Shown one piece after another: positions 9,994 through 19,681 of a stretch of 64,000 nt of DNA (positions within the stretch are counted from its first letter, which is position 1; each line of letters opens with the position of its first letter). This DNA is from Escherichia coli. GTDB lineage: Bacteria; Pseudomonadota; Gammaproteobacteria; Enterobacterales; Enterobacteriaceae. A program made the position numbers and the translations under genes. The notes under the pieces are model-generated. The model saw only the letters and a list, made by a program, of their open reading frames with translations. It did not search any database and was not told where the DNA came from. The stretch lies in NCBI RefSeq assembly GCF_044324785.1, contig NZ_CP172127.1; one strand, written 5' to 3'.

Positions 9994-12900
9994 TTACGCC
10001 TCCTCTTCATGACGAGCAAAGCGGCTTTTGGTCCACAATGCCAGACGGTCGAATAGCAGATAAATCACCGGCGTGGTAAACAGCGTCAGCACCTGGCTGA
10101 CAATCAGACCGCCGACCATGCCGATCCCTAACGGACGACGCAGTTCCGCGCCGACCCCGGTACTCAACATCAGCGGCAGCGCGCCAAGCAGAGCCGCCAG
10201 GGTGGTCATCAGGATCGGACGAAAACGCAACAGACAAGCCTGGTAGATTGCATCGCGTGGCGACATGCCTTGCTCGCGCTCAGCAGCCAGCGCGAAGTCG
10301 ATCATCATGATGGCGTTCTTCTTCACGATACCGATCAGCAAAATAATGCCGATAATCGCAATCACATCCAGCTCGCTACCGGCAATCAGTAGCGCCAGCA
10401 GTGCGCCGACCCCTGCGGTGGGTAGCGTCGAGAGAATGGTGATCGGGTGAATAAAGCTCTCGTACAGAATGCCGAGCACGATATACATCGCCACCACCGC
10501 CGCGACAATCAGCCAGACAGTGCTGCCAAGCGCCGACTGGAAGGCGAGGGTGCTGCCCTGGAACTGCGTGGTGATATCCACTGGCAGATTCAGCGTCTTC
10601 TCGGTGTCCATAATCGCCTGCACCGCATCGCCCAGCGAATAGTTATCCGGCACGTTAAAGGAGATGGTCGTTACCGGGAACTGATCCAGATGGTTGATGG
10701 AAAGCGGCGCAAAACGCTGCTCAATTTTGGCAATTGAGCTTAACGGCACCACGCCACCGTCGCTGCTGGTCAGGCGAATGGTATCCAGCGCCGCGAGGCC
10801 TGGGGTATTTTCGGTGTTGTGTTCCAGCACTACGCGATACTGGTTAGCCTGAGTATAAATAGTGGAAATCAGCCGCTGACCAAACGCGTTGTACAGGGCG
10901 TTATCGACATCCGCCATGCTGATCCCCAGACGGCTGGCGCTGTCGCGATCAACGTTGACATACGCCACCAGCCCTTGGTCCTGCCAGTCGCTGGAGACAT
11001 CAGAAAGCTGTGGCAGTTGCTGGAGTTTTTCCATCAACTGTGGCACCCAGGTACTGAGCGCATCCAGTGACGTGGCCTGTAAGGTAAACTGGTACTGGGT
11101 GCGGCTGACCTGAGTATCAATAGTCAGGTCCTGCGTTGGTTGCAGGAAGAGATCGACGCCCGGCACTTTATCTACTGCCGTTTGCAAACGAGCGATGACT
11201 TTTTGCACCCGATCATCACGTTCATCCAACGGTTTGAGGTTGATCTGTAAACGCGCACTGTTCAGCGACGGGTTAGTGCCATCAACGCCAACAAATGAGG
11301 TCAGGCTTTGCACTGCCGGATCCTGCAAAATCACATCCGCGACCTGGCGTTGCCGCTGGGCCATATTGGCAAAGGAGCTGGATTGCGGTGCCTGCAAAGT
11401 GCCCTGAATAATGCCGTTGTCCTGTACCGGGAAGAAACCTTTCGGAATGAACACCCACAACAGCACGCTAAGCAGCAGCGTGCTGAGCGCCACGCTTAAG
11501 GTCAGCCACGGATGATTCAGCACTTTCGCCAGTCCCTGACCATAGGCGGCGATTATCCTGTCGAACATTTTTTCCGAGGCACGGGAGAAGCGGTTCTGTT
11601 TACGCAGCGACTCCTGGCTGAGCATCCGCGCACACATCATCGGTGTCAGGGTCAGCGACACCACGGCTGAGATCAAAATCGCGACTGCCAGAGTAATAGC
11701 AAATTCGCGGAACAGTCGCCCGACGATATCGCCCATAAATAGCAGTGGGATCAACACTGCAATCAGTGAGAAGGTCAGCGAGATAATGGTAAAGCCGATT
11801 TCACCCGCGCCCTTGAGCGCCGCCGCCAGCGGTTTTTCGCCTTTTTCGATATAGCGGGAAATGTTTTCGATTACCACGATGGCGTCATCGACCACGAATC
11901 CGGTGGCGATAGTTAACGCCATCAGCGTCAGGTTATTGATTGAAAAATCGAGAAACACCATAACCGCAAAGGTGCCAATTAACGACAGCGGCACTGCGAC
12001 GCCAGGAATGATGGTCGCCGGAATATTGCGCAAAAACAGGTAGATAATCATGACTACCAGCGCGATAGCCATCATCAGTTCAAACTGGGTATCGTCGACC
12101 GATGCGCGGATGTTGGTGGTGCGGTCAGAAAGCACCGTCACTTTTACCGATTTCGGCAAACTCTCGGTGAGTTGTGGCAGCATCTGCCGGATGCTGTCGG
12201 CGGTGGAGATAATGTTAGCACCGGGCTGGCGCTGAACATTCATCACAATGGCCTGTTCTTTGTTCGCCCACGCGCCGAGCCAGCTGTTTTCTGCTCCTTG
12301 CTCTACGGTTGCGACATCGCCCAGACGAATCGGCGCGCCGTTCTGGTAGGCGATGATCAGCTGGCGATACTCTTCGGCGGATTGCATCTGGTCGTTCGCG
12401 GAAAGTGTGACCGCACGAGAAGGGCCGTCGAGGCTACCTTTTGCCGAGTTAACGTTAGCGCCGGTAATAGCGGTGCGCACGGTTTCGCTGGTCAGGCCGA
12501 GGGCGGCAATCGCCTGGGCGTTAAGTTTGACGCGAACAGCCGGACGCTGGCCGCCGGAAAGCGTCACCAGGCCGACGCCGGAAATCTGCGAGATTTTCTG
12601 CGCGACGCGGGTTTCCACCATATCTTCCACTTGCGTCATTGGCATGGCGGTTGAGGTGACGGCGAGCGTCATGATTGGTGGATCTGCCGGGTTCACTTTG
12701 CTGTAAACCGGCGGGTTAGGCAGATCGCCCGGCAACAAGTTGGTCGCAGCGTTAATCGCGGCCTGCACCTCCTGCTCGGCGACATCGAGCGGTAATGTTA
12801 GCTGGAACTGCAAAGTGATAACTGACGCACCGCCGGAACTTTGCGACGACATCTGTTTCAGGCCGGACATCTGCCCGAACTGGCGTTCGAGCGGCGCGGT

Positions 12901-13116
12901 AACGGCAGAGGTCATGACATCCGGGCTCGCACCTGGGTAGAGCGTGACCACCTGAATGGTCGGATAGTCCACTTCCGGCAGCGCCGAAACGGGCAGGGCG
13001 CGATAACCGATAATCCCGGCGAGTAAGATCGCCACCATCAGCAGCGTGGTGGCGACAGGACGCATAATAAACAGGCGCGACGGGCCGCCTGTGCTGCTAG
13101 GAGGTAACACCTGCAT
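9994..13116 (-). CDS. mdtB: RND multidrug efflux transporter MdtB, 1040 aa
   Basis: RND family paralog directly upstream of mdtC. Confidence 0.95.
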   Translation of the reverse strand: MQVLPPSSTGGPSRLFIMRPVATTLLMVAILLAGIIGYRALPVSALPEVDYPTIQVVTLYPGASPDVMTSAVTAPLERQFGQMSGLKQMSSQSSGGASVITLQFQLTLPLDVAEQEVQAAINAATNLLPGDLPNPPVYSKVNPADPPIMTLAVTSTAMPMTQVEDMVETRVAQKISQISGVGLVTLSGGQRPAVRVKLNAQAIAALGLTSETVRTAITGANVNSAKGSLDGPSRAVTLSANDQMQSAEEYRQLIIAYQNGAPIRLGDVATVEQGAENSWLGAWANKEQAIVMNVQRQPGANIISTADSIRQMLPQLTESLPKSVKVTVLSDRTTNIRASVDDTQFELMMAIALVVMIIYLFLRNIPATIIPGVAVPLSLIGTFAVMVFLDFSINNLTLMALTIATGFVVDDAIVVIENISRYIEKGEKPLAAALKGAGEIGFTIISLTFSLIAVLIPLLFMGDIVGRLFREFAITLAVAILISAVVSLTLTPMMCARMLSQESLRKQNRFSRASEKMFDRIIAAYGQGLAKVLNHPWLTLSVALSTLLLSVLLWVFIPKGFFPVQDNGIIQGTLQAPQSSSFANMAQRQRQVADVILQDPAVQSLTSFVGVDGTNPSLNSARLQINLKPLDERDDRVQKVIARLQTAVDKVPGVDLFLQPTQDLTIDTQVSRTQYQFTLQATSLDALSTWVPQLMEKLQQLPQLSDVSSDWQDQGLVAYVNVDRDSASRLGISMADVDNALYNAFGQRLISTIYTQANQYRVVLEHNTENTPGLAALDTIRLTSSDGGVVPLSSIAKIEQRFAPLSINHLDQFPVTTISFNVPDNYSLGDAVQAIMDTEKTLNLPVDITTQFQGSTLAFQSALGSTVWLIVAAVVAMYIVLGILYESFIHPITILSTLPTAGVGALLALLIAGSELDVIAIIGIILLIGIVKKNAIMMIDFALAAEREQGMSPRDAIYQACLLRFRPILMTTLAALLGALPLMLSTGVGAELRRPLGIGMVGGLIVSQVLTLFTTPVIYLLFDRLALWTKSRFARHEEEA

Positions 13117-14363
13117 CAGGAGCGTGCTCCTTTTTTCGCGTATTCGCGGCTGGTGGCTTTCTCTTCCGGAGTGGTGGCGCTCTGGGCTTCCACCACTTCC
13201 ACTTTCGCCCCTTCGGTCAGGCGATCAATGCCGTCTGTCACCACGCGGTCGCCCGCAGAAATACCTGCGCGGATCACCACTTTCTGACTGTCCTGAATGC
13301 CCGGCGTCACCAGATGTTTGCTGACCTTGTTTTCGCTATTCAGCACCCAGACAAAATGGCCTTCATTGCCCATTTGCAGGGCGGCGGTGGGGATCACCAC
13401 GGCGTTTTGTTCGGTGTCGACTAACATACGCGCGTTAACAAACTGATTGGGAAACAGCGCATCCTCCTGATTATTAAAGCGTGCTTTCACTTTAATCGTA
13501 CCGGTAGTGGCATCGATTTGGTTATCGAGACTTAACAGCGTGCCTTCACTTAATTTCTTCGAGTTGGTGCGATCCCAGGCTTCAACAACCAGCGGTTTTC
13601 CGGCTTTTTGCGCCTGTACTACGGTAGTGATATCGCTTTCCGGCAGGGTAAAGAGCAAATCGATAGGATGCGTCTGGGTGATCACCACAATCCCGGTGGT
13701 ATCACCACTGGAGATTTGGTTACCAACATCAACCTGCTTGAGACCAACGCGACCATCGACTGGTGCGGTGATGCGGCTCCAGTCGAGTTGCAGCTGCGCG
13801 CTGGCGACGCTTGCTTCATCAGCCTTAATGGTGCCTTCTGTTTCACTGACCAGCGCTTGTTGGGCATCCAGTTCCTGACGAGATACGAGATTGGTTTTTA
13901 CCAGTTGTTGATAACGCGCCAGGTCACGGCGGGCGTTGGCAAGCGTGGCTTTATCTTTTGCCAGTTGGCCCTGGGCTTGTGCTAATGCAACTTTGAACTG
14001 GCTGGGGTCAATTTCTGCCAATAAATCGCCTGCTTTGACCTGCTGGCCTTCCTGGAAATGTAACGCCATCAGTTGACCGTCCACGCGGCTGCGCACCGTA
14101 ACGGTATTAGCGGCGGTAATGGTGCCAAGCCCGGTGAGATAACGTGGCACAGCTTGTTCTACGGCAGTCGCCGCCTGAACCGGGGCTAATGGGCCGGCAC
14201 GCATACCACGGCGACCACCCGCTGGCGATTGCTGCGCTTGTTTGGTCGCCCCTGGGGCTGCACTCTGGGAGTCATTGCGGCCTTGCCAGAACCAGAATGC
14301 GGCGATGGCGGCGATAACCACCACGATTACGATTACCCAACGGGATTTATAACTGCCTTTCAT
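13116..14363 (-). CDS. mdtA: RND efflux membrane fusion protein MdtA (415 aa from ATG 14363)
   Basis: Translation from ATG 14363 reads [28 protein letters not shown]..., matching MdtA. The track ORF (to 14510) is an upstream extension. 1-bp overlap with mdtB. Confidence 0.9.
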   Translation of the reverse strand: MKGSYKSRWVIVIVVVIAAIAAFWFWQGRNDSQSAAPGATKQAQQSPAGGRRGMRAGPLAPVQAATAVEQAVPRYLTGLGTITAANTVTVRSRVDGQLMALHFQEGQQVKAGDLLAEIDPSQFKVALAQAQGQLAKDKATLANARRDLARYQQLVKTNLVSRQELDAQQALVSETEGTIKADEASVASAQLQLDWSRITAPVDGRVGLKQVDVGNQISSGDTTGIVVITQTHPIDLLFTLPESDITTVVQAQKAGKPLVVEAWDRTNSKKLSEGTLLSLDNQIDATTGTIKVKARFNNQEDALFPNQFVNARMLVDTEQNAVVIPTAALQMGNEGHFVWVLNSENKVSKHLVTPGIQDSQKVVIRAGISAGDRVVTDGIDRLTEGAKVEVVEAQSATTPEEKATSREYAKKGARS

Positions 14364-14416
14364 CGTTAAGAGTTTCTCTTCCTGAAACGTTTCGCGGAAT
14401 GATACTAGTGTAGCCA

Positions 14417-14434
14417 GCCAATAAGGGAGAAAAA
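14417..14434 (-). promoter_or_regulatory. putative BaeR binding box in the mdtA promoter
   Basis: Minus-strand sequence TTTTTCTCCCTTATTGGC lies ~55-70 bp upstream of the mdtA ATG and matches the BaeR box consensus as I recall it (TTTTTCTCCATDATTGGC) at 16 of 18 positions. Confidence 0.5.
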
Positions 14435-14589
14435 TGGAGGAATTATGAAACACTGTCGGGAATCGTCTGAATGACGGGCACATTTGCGAGCACGCATCCA
14501 GTAATAACACATGAAACTATTTTATCTACGCGTTAGCGATAGACTGCTTGCATGGCGAAAGGAGGTAAGCCGACGATTTCAGCGGGACG

Positions 14590-14740
14590 CTGAAACGGGA
14601 AAGCCCCTCCCGAGGAAGGGGCCATAAATAAGGAAAGGGTCATGATGAAGCTACTCATCATCGTGGTGCTCTTAGTGATTAGCTACCCAGCATACTAAGA
14701 CTACCAGGGCGGGGGAAACCCCGCTCTACCCTCACTCCTG
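14590..14740 (-). ncRNA. sib: Sib antisense sRNA (antitoxin of ibs copy 1); boundaries approximate
   Basis: Minus-strand promoter-like TTGACA (14770..14765) and a CATACT -10 downstream of the ibs stop. Transcript would be fully antisense to ibs. Ends not determined. Confidence 0.45.
14642..14698 (+). CDS. ibs: Ibs-family small hydrophobic toxin (type I TA), copy 1: MMKLLIIVVLLVISYPAY
   Basis: 18-codon ORF after an AAGGAAAGGG SD. Sequence matches the Ibs toxin peptide family. Confidence 0.75.
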   Translation: MMKLLIIVVLLVISYPAY

Positions 14741-14917
14741 AAAGTATGCCTTCACGATAAGATTGTCAATCTGCAGGCTTTGCAGTCTGCGATCCTGCCA
14801 GCAAATATTCTTTGCGAGACGTTACGCAATAATCACATGTGAAACTATTTTATCCGCAAGTCAGCGATAGACTGCATTCAGGGCGAAAGGAGGTAAGCCG
14901 ATGATTTCAGCGGGACG

Positions 14918-15068
14918 CTGAAACGGGAAAGCCCCTCCCGAGGAAGGGGCCTTAAATAAGGAAAGGGTCATGATGAAGTGGATCATCATCGTGGTGCTCT
15001 TAGTCATAAGCTTCCCGGCTTACTAAGACTACCAGGGCGGGGGAACCCCCGCTCTACCCTCACTCCTG
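14918..15068 (-). ncRNA. sib: Sib antisense sRNA (copy 2); boundaries approximate
   Basis: Placed by repeat periodicity (~328 bp) relative to copy 1. Confidence 0.4.
14970..15026 (+). CDS. ibs: Ibs-family small hydrophobic toxin, copy 2: MMKWIIIVVLLVISFPAY
   Basis: Second repeat unit, same architecture. Confidence 0.75.
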   Translation: MMKWIIIVVLLVISFPAY

Positions 15069-15249
15069 AAAGTATGCCTTCACGATAAGATTGTCAATCT
15101 GCAGGCTTTGCAGTCTGCGATCCTGCCAGCAAATATTCTTTGCGAGTCGTTACGCAATAATCACAGAGGAAACTATTTTGTTCACGCGTTAGCGATAGAC
15201 TGCATTCAGGGCGAAAGGAGGTAAGCCGACGATTTCAGCGGGACGCTGA

Positions 15250-15400
15250 AACGGGAAACCCTCTCCCGGAGAAGAGGGCTTTTAATAAGGAAAGGGTTAT
15301 GATGAAGCACGTCATCATACTGGTGATACTCTTAGTGATTAGCTTCCAGGCTTACTAAGAACACCAGGGGGAGGGGGAAACCTCTCCCTAACCCTCACTC
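15250..15400 (-). ncRNA. sib: Sib antisense sRNA (copy 3); boundaries approximate
   Basis: Placed by repeat periodicity; a TTGACA-like box (TGTCAA on + strand) at 15427-15432. Confidence 0.4.
15299..15358 (+). CDS. ibs: Ibs-family small hydrophobic toxin, copy 3: MMKHVIILVILLVISFQAY
   Basis: Third repeat unit, same architecture. Confidence 0.75.
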   Translation: MMKHVIILVILLVISFQAY

Positions 15401-15578
15401 CTGAAATTATGTCACTCCGCCCTTAGTGTCAATCGACGGCTCTCCGTTCTTGCGAGGCGAATAGCAAAATTTTCTGCGCCGCCGGGCCTAATTCTGAAAG
15501 TTTCTTCGTTTGCTCTTATTTCATTGTTGCGGTCGGTATGATACCGGGCCTCAATAATTCTCTAAGAAAGGATTTCTT

Positions 15579-16238
15579 ATGAGCGAACAAATCACGTTTG
15601 CCACCAGCGATTTTGCCAGTAACCCGGAACCACGTTGCCCCTGCATTTTGCTGTTGGATGTTTCTGGTTCGATGAGTGGTAGACCTATTAATGAACTTAA
15701 CGCCGGATTGGTTACCTTTCGCGATGAACTGCTTGCCGACCCGCTGGCCTTAAAAAGAGTGGAACTCGGCATTGTGACGTTCGGCCCGGTGCATGTGGAA
15801 CAACCCTTTACCAGCGCCGCTAATTTTTTCCCGCCCATCCTGTTTGCCCAAGGCGATACACCAATAGGCGCTGCCATTACCAAAGCCCTGGATATGGTAG
15901 AGGAGCGCAAACGTGAGTATCGTGCAAATGGTATTTCGTATTATCGCCCGTGGATTTTCCTGATCACCGATGGCGCTCCAACCGATGAGTGGCAGGCTGC
16001 CGCCAACAAAGTGTTTCAGGGGGAAGAAGATAAGAAGTTTGCCTTCTTTTCCATCGGTGTTCAGGGGGCGGATATGAAGACTTTGGCACAAATCAGCGTT
16101 CGTCAGCCTTTTCCACTGCAGGGATTACAATTCCGTGAACTGTTTAGCTGGTTATCCAGTTCACTGCGTTCGGTTTCCCGCTCCACGCCGGGAACGGAAG
16201 TTGTGCTGGAAGCGCCAAAAGGCTGGACGTCAGTGTGA
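15579..16238 (+). CDS. yegL: von Willebrand factor A (vWA/TerY-like) domain protein YegL, 219 aa
   Basis: MIDAS-like motif [11 protein letters not shown]. Good SD (AAAGGA). Stop overlaps the yegK GTG start. Confidence 0.9.
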   Translation: MSEQITFATSDFASNPEPRCPCILLLDVSGSMSGRPINELNAGLVTFRDELLADPLALKRVELGIVTFGPVHVEQPFTSAANFFPPILFAQGDTPIGAAITKALDMVEERKREYRANGISYYRPWIFLITDGAPTDEWQAAANKVFQGEEDKKFAFFSIGVQGADMKTLAQISVRQPFPLQGLQFRELFSWLSSSLRSVSRSTPGTEVVLEAPKGWTSV

Positions 16239-16996
16239 GCTGGCGTCTGGTCTATGCATCAACCGTTGGAACGTCGCACATCAGCGCGGACTTGCCTTGC
16301 CAGGATGCCTGCCAGATGCAGGTTGCCTGGTTAAATGACCAGCAGCCATTATTGTCGGTATTTGTCGCTGATGGCGCAGGCAGTGTCTCGCAGGGTGGCG
16401 AAGGCGCGATGCTCGCCGTCAATGAAGCGATGGCTTATATGTCGCAAAAAGTGCAGGGCGGGGAATTGGGGCTTAATGATGTCCTCGCCACGGATATTGT
16501 GCTGACCGTTCGTCAGCGACTTTTTGCCGAGGCGGAAGCCAAAGAATTAGCTGTTCGCGATTTTGCCTGCACGTTTCTGGGACTGATTTCATCGCCTAAC
16601 GGCACCCTGATTATGCAGATTGGCGATGGCGGCGTGGTGGTAGATTTGGGGCACGGTCTGCAACTGCCGCTCACGCCGATGGTGGGTGAATATGTCAACA
16701 TGACGCACTTCATTACCGATGAAGATGCGGTTTCCAGACTGGAAACTTTCACCAGCACTGAGCGTGCGCACAAAGTTGCAGCATTTACGGATGGTATCCA
16801 GCGGCTGGCGTTAAATATGCTGGATAATTCTCCCCATGTGCCTTTCTTTACCCCGTTTTTCAATGGGCTGGCGTCAGCAACGCAGGAACAACTCGATTTA
16901 TTACCTGAATTGTTAAAGCAGTTTTTGTCCAGCCCGGCGGTAAACGAGCGTACCGATGATGATAAAACGTTGGCACTGGCGCTGTGGACAGAATGA
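16235..16996 (+). CDS. yegK: PP2C-family Ser/Thr protein phosphatase YegK, 253 aa
   Basis: GTG start overlapping the yegL stop (GTGTGA). PP2C-like motifs (VADGAGS, DGGVVVD). Confidence 0.9.
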   Translation: MSWRLVYASTVGTSHISADLPCQDACQMQVAWLNDQQPLLSVFVADGAGSVSQGGEGAMLAVNEAMAYMSQKVQGGELGLNDVLATDIVLTVRQRLFAEAEAKELAVRDFACTFLGLISSPNGTLIMQIGDGGVVVDLGHGLQLPLTPMVGEYVNMTHFITDEDAVSRLETFTSTERAHKVAAFTDGIQRLALNMLDNSPHVPFFTPFFNGLASATQEQLDLLPELLKQFLSSPAVNERTDDDKTLALALWTE

Positions 16997-17060
16997 ACAT
17001 CGCATGGCGGTTGAAGACAACAGTTCAACCGCCAGTTTAAGCAATCAATATAATGGCTGG

Positions 17061-17522
17061 TTAGCGAACTAATTTTGCTCTTAGCTCGTCGGCTTCTTCT
17101 TTTGGATAGGTGACCAATAAAGGATCAATGGTATAACCGCCGTAAATTTTATCCCCGCGTGTATACATCCAGTCTGAAATATCTTCTTTCTTGATTTTCC
17201 ACTCCTGACCATATTCTACGTTTGTAACAATACCAGGGTCATTGCTTATTACGCCAATAAACATGCCGTTAGAATAAGTGACATCCGTGAGCCAGAAATG
17301 CTCGGTTCTTCCGTGATCGGTTATCGGGGCTTTGACTGCGAAAGTATCGGCATCTTTTTTATTCATAACCTCGATGAATTTATCAGTTTCTTTCCGCGCA
17401 TGTTGAATGGCGTCAGACATCGCTTGTTTATCATAACCTCCCGTCACTAACGTATCCGAAACTTCACTAAAGCCCGCGGTAGTAAAAAATAGCAGACTCA
17501 ACATAAGTAATATCTTTTTCAT
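17061..17522 (-). CDS. yegJ: periplasmic DUF2314-like protein YegJ, 153 aa
   Basis: Signal-peptide-like N-terminus MKKILLMLSLLFFTTAGFS. Convergent with yegK. Confidence 0.85.
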   Translation of the reverse strand: MKKILLMLSLLFFTTAGFSEVSDTLVTGGYDKQAMSDAIQHARKETDKFIEVMNKKDADTFAVKAPITDHGRTEHFWLTDVTYSNGMFIGVISNDPGIVTNVEYGQEWKIKKEDISDWMYTRGDKIYGGYTIDPLLVTYPKEEADELRAKLVR

Positions 17523-17722
17523 TTTTTCTCCAGAATCCCTGTGTAGTAAAAGTTAGCAATAAACCTGTGGAAGTGAATCATTATCAGGTTGGAATTGAAT
17601 TGTATCCTGATGAAATTGCATTATCATTTTTATTCTTGAGTGGGACTCTTCCCATATAGAAATAATTATAATAGGCAGTGTTATTATTCATTGAAATATA
17701 ATATGACTGCCCTTGAAACATT

Positions 17723-19669
17723 ATGAAGACAAATATAAAAGTATTTACATCGACAGGTGAATTGACCACTCTCGGGCGTGAACTGGGCAAAGGTGGCGAA
17801 GGCGCGGTTTATGATATCGAGGAGTTAGTCGATAGCGTCGCCAAGATTTATCACACGCCGCCACCCGCCTTAAAACAGGACAAACTTGCCTTTATGGCTG
17901 CGACAGCTGATGCGCAGTTGCTGAATTATGTCGCCTGGCCGCAGGCAACGCTTCACGGTGGACGAGGCGGAAAAGTAATCGGTTTTATGATGCCAAAAGT
18001 TTCTGGTAAAGAACCGATTCATATGATCTATAGCCCGGCACATCGTCGTCAACGTTACCCTCATTGTGCGTGGGATTTTCTACTCTATGTTGCGCGCAAT
18101 ATTGCTTCATCTTTTGCTACGGTTCACGAGCACGGGCATGTCGTGGGTGACGTAAACCAGAACAGCTTTATGGTAGGCCGTGACAGCAAAGTGGTGTTGA
18201 TTGATAGCGACTCCTTTCAGATTAACGCCAATGGCACACTGCATTTATGCGAAGTCGGCGTGTCGCATTTTACGCCGCCAGAGCTGCAAACCTTGCCATC
18301 ATTTGTCGGCTTTGAACGCACCGCGAATCACGATAATTTTGGCCTTGCGTTGCTGATTTTTCACGTCTTGTTTGGTGGTCGGCATCCTTATTCCGGTGTA
18401 CCGCTTATCTCTGATGCGGGTAATGCACTGGAGACGGATATTGCCCATTTCCGTTATGCCTACGCATCAGATAATCAGCGACGTGGTTTAAAACCGCCGC
18501 CACGATCTATTCCGCTGTCGATGTTACCAGGTGATGTTGAAGCCATGTTTCAGCAGGCATTCACGGAAAGTGGCGTGGCAACCGGGCGTCCGACGGCAAA
18601 AGCGTGGGTAGCGGCACTTGATTCTCTACGCCAACAGTTAAAGAAATGTACCGTTTCGGCAATGCATGTTTACCCCGGTCATTTGACTGACTGCCCGTGG
18701 TGTGCGCTGGATAATCAAGGCGTTATCTATTTTATTGATCTCGGCGAAGAGGTCATTACCACCAGCGGTGATTTTGTGCTGGCGAAAGTCTGGGCGATGG
18801 TGATGGCGTCAGTTGCACCACCAGCATTGCAACTGCCATTACCCGATCATTTCCAACCGACTGGCAGGCCGCTTCCTTTAGGCCTGTTACGGCGTGAATA
18901 CATCATTCTGATTGAGATCGGACTGTCAGCGTTATCGCTGTTGCTTTGCGGCCTTCAGGCAGAACCGCGTTATATTATTTTGGTTCCTGTGCTGGCGGCT
19001 ATCTGGATTATTGGCAGCCTGACAAGCAAAGCGTACAAAGCAGAAATCCAGCAACGCCGTGAGGCGTTTAATCGCGCGAAAATGGACTATGACCATTTAG
19101 TCAGCCAGATCCAACGGTTGGGCGGGCTGGAAGGTTTTATCGCCAAACGGACGATGCTCGAAAAAATGAAGGACGAAATTCTTGGGTTACCGGAAGAAGA
19201 GAAACGCGCTCTGGCAGCACTTCAGGACACCGCAAGGGAACGGCAGAAGCAGAAGTTTCTGGAGGGATTTTTTATTGATGTTGCCTCTATTCCCGGCGTT
19301 GGCCCTGCGCGTAAAGCGGCGTTACGGTCCTTTGGTATTGAAACGGCGGCAGACGTTACCCGACGGAGCGTTAAGCAAGTTAGAGGTTTTGGTGATCATC
19401 TGACCCAGGCGGTTATCGACTGGAAAGCAAGTTGCGAACGCCGTTTTGTGTTCAGGCCGAATGAAGCGGTAACGCCAGCAGACAGACAAGCGGTAATGGC
19501 AAAAATGGCCGCCAAACGACATCGGCTGGAATCGACGTTGACTGTCGGCGCGACAGAGTTGCAGCGATTCCGCCTTCATGCTCCAGCACGGACCATGCCG
19601 TTGATGGAACCTTTACGTCAGGCGGCAGAAAAACTGGCTCAGGCGCAGGCTGATTTAAGCCGTTGCTGA
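17723..19669 (+). CDS. yegI: Hanks-type (eukaryotic-like) Ser/Thr protein kinase YegI, 648 aa
   Basis: Glycine loop GKGGEGAVY, VAK lysine, catalytic-loop variant HVVGDVNQNS, DSDS variant of DFG. Predicted TM segment, then a C-terminal helical domain. Confidence 0.9.
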   Translation: MKTNIKVFTSTGELTTLGRELGKGGEGAVYDIEELVDSVAKIYHTPPPALKQDKLAFMAATADAQLLNYVAWPQATLHGGRGGKVIGFMMPKVSGKEPIHMIYSPAHRRQRYPHCAWDFLLYVARNIASSFATVHEHGHVVGDVNQNSFMVGRDSKVVLIDSDSFQINANGTLHLCEVGVSHFTPPELQTLPSFVGFERTANHDNFGLALLIFHVLFGGRHPYSGVPLISDAGNALETDIAHFRYAYASDNQRRGLKPPPRSIPLSMLPGDVEAMFQQAFTESGVATGRPTAKAWVAALDSLRQQLKKCTVSAMHVYPGHLTDCPWCALDNQGVIYFIDLGEEVITTSGDFVLAKVWAMVMASVAPPALQLPLPDHFQPTGRPLPLGLLRREYIILIEIGLSALSLLLCGLQAEPRYIILVPVLAAIWIIGSLTSKAYKAEIQQRREAFNRAKMDYDHLVSQIQRLGGLEGFIAKRTMLEKMKDEILGLPEEEKRALAALQDTARERQKQKFLEGFFIDVASIPGVGPARKAALRSFGIETAADVTRRSVKQVRGFGDHLTQAVIDWKASCERRFVFRPNEAVTPADRQAVMAKMAAKRHRLESTLTVGATELQRFRLHAPARTMPLMEPLRQAAEKLAQAQADLSRC

Positions 19670-19681
19670 GCAAGTTTTCAA

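Larger units (their letters stand above)
14499..15440. repeat. three tandem ~327-bp ibs/sib repeat units (type I toxin-antitoxin loci)
   Basis: Three near-identical units, each with an ...AACTATTTT...TAGCGATAGACTGC...GGCGAAAGGAGGTAAGCCG... leader, an 18-19-codon hydrophobic ORF and the conserved downstream CCCTCACTCCTGAAA segment. Confidence 0.85.

Noticed and set aside
10265-13026. Numerous 60-160-aa + strand ORFs (e.g. 12172..12654, 12353..12706) inside mdtB/mdtC
   Set aside because: They are fully embedded antisense to well-supported RND transporter genes in a high-GC region: statistical open frames, not genes.
14499-15440. Tandem direct repeats as a possible CRISPR array
   Set aside because: Units are ~327 bp, not 28-37 bp repeats with spacers, and each encodes an Ibs peptide with an antisense promoter: ibs/sib type I TA repeats.
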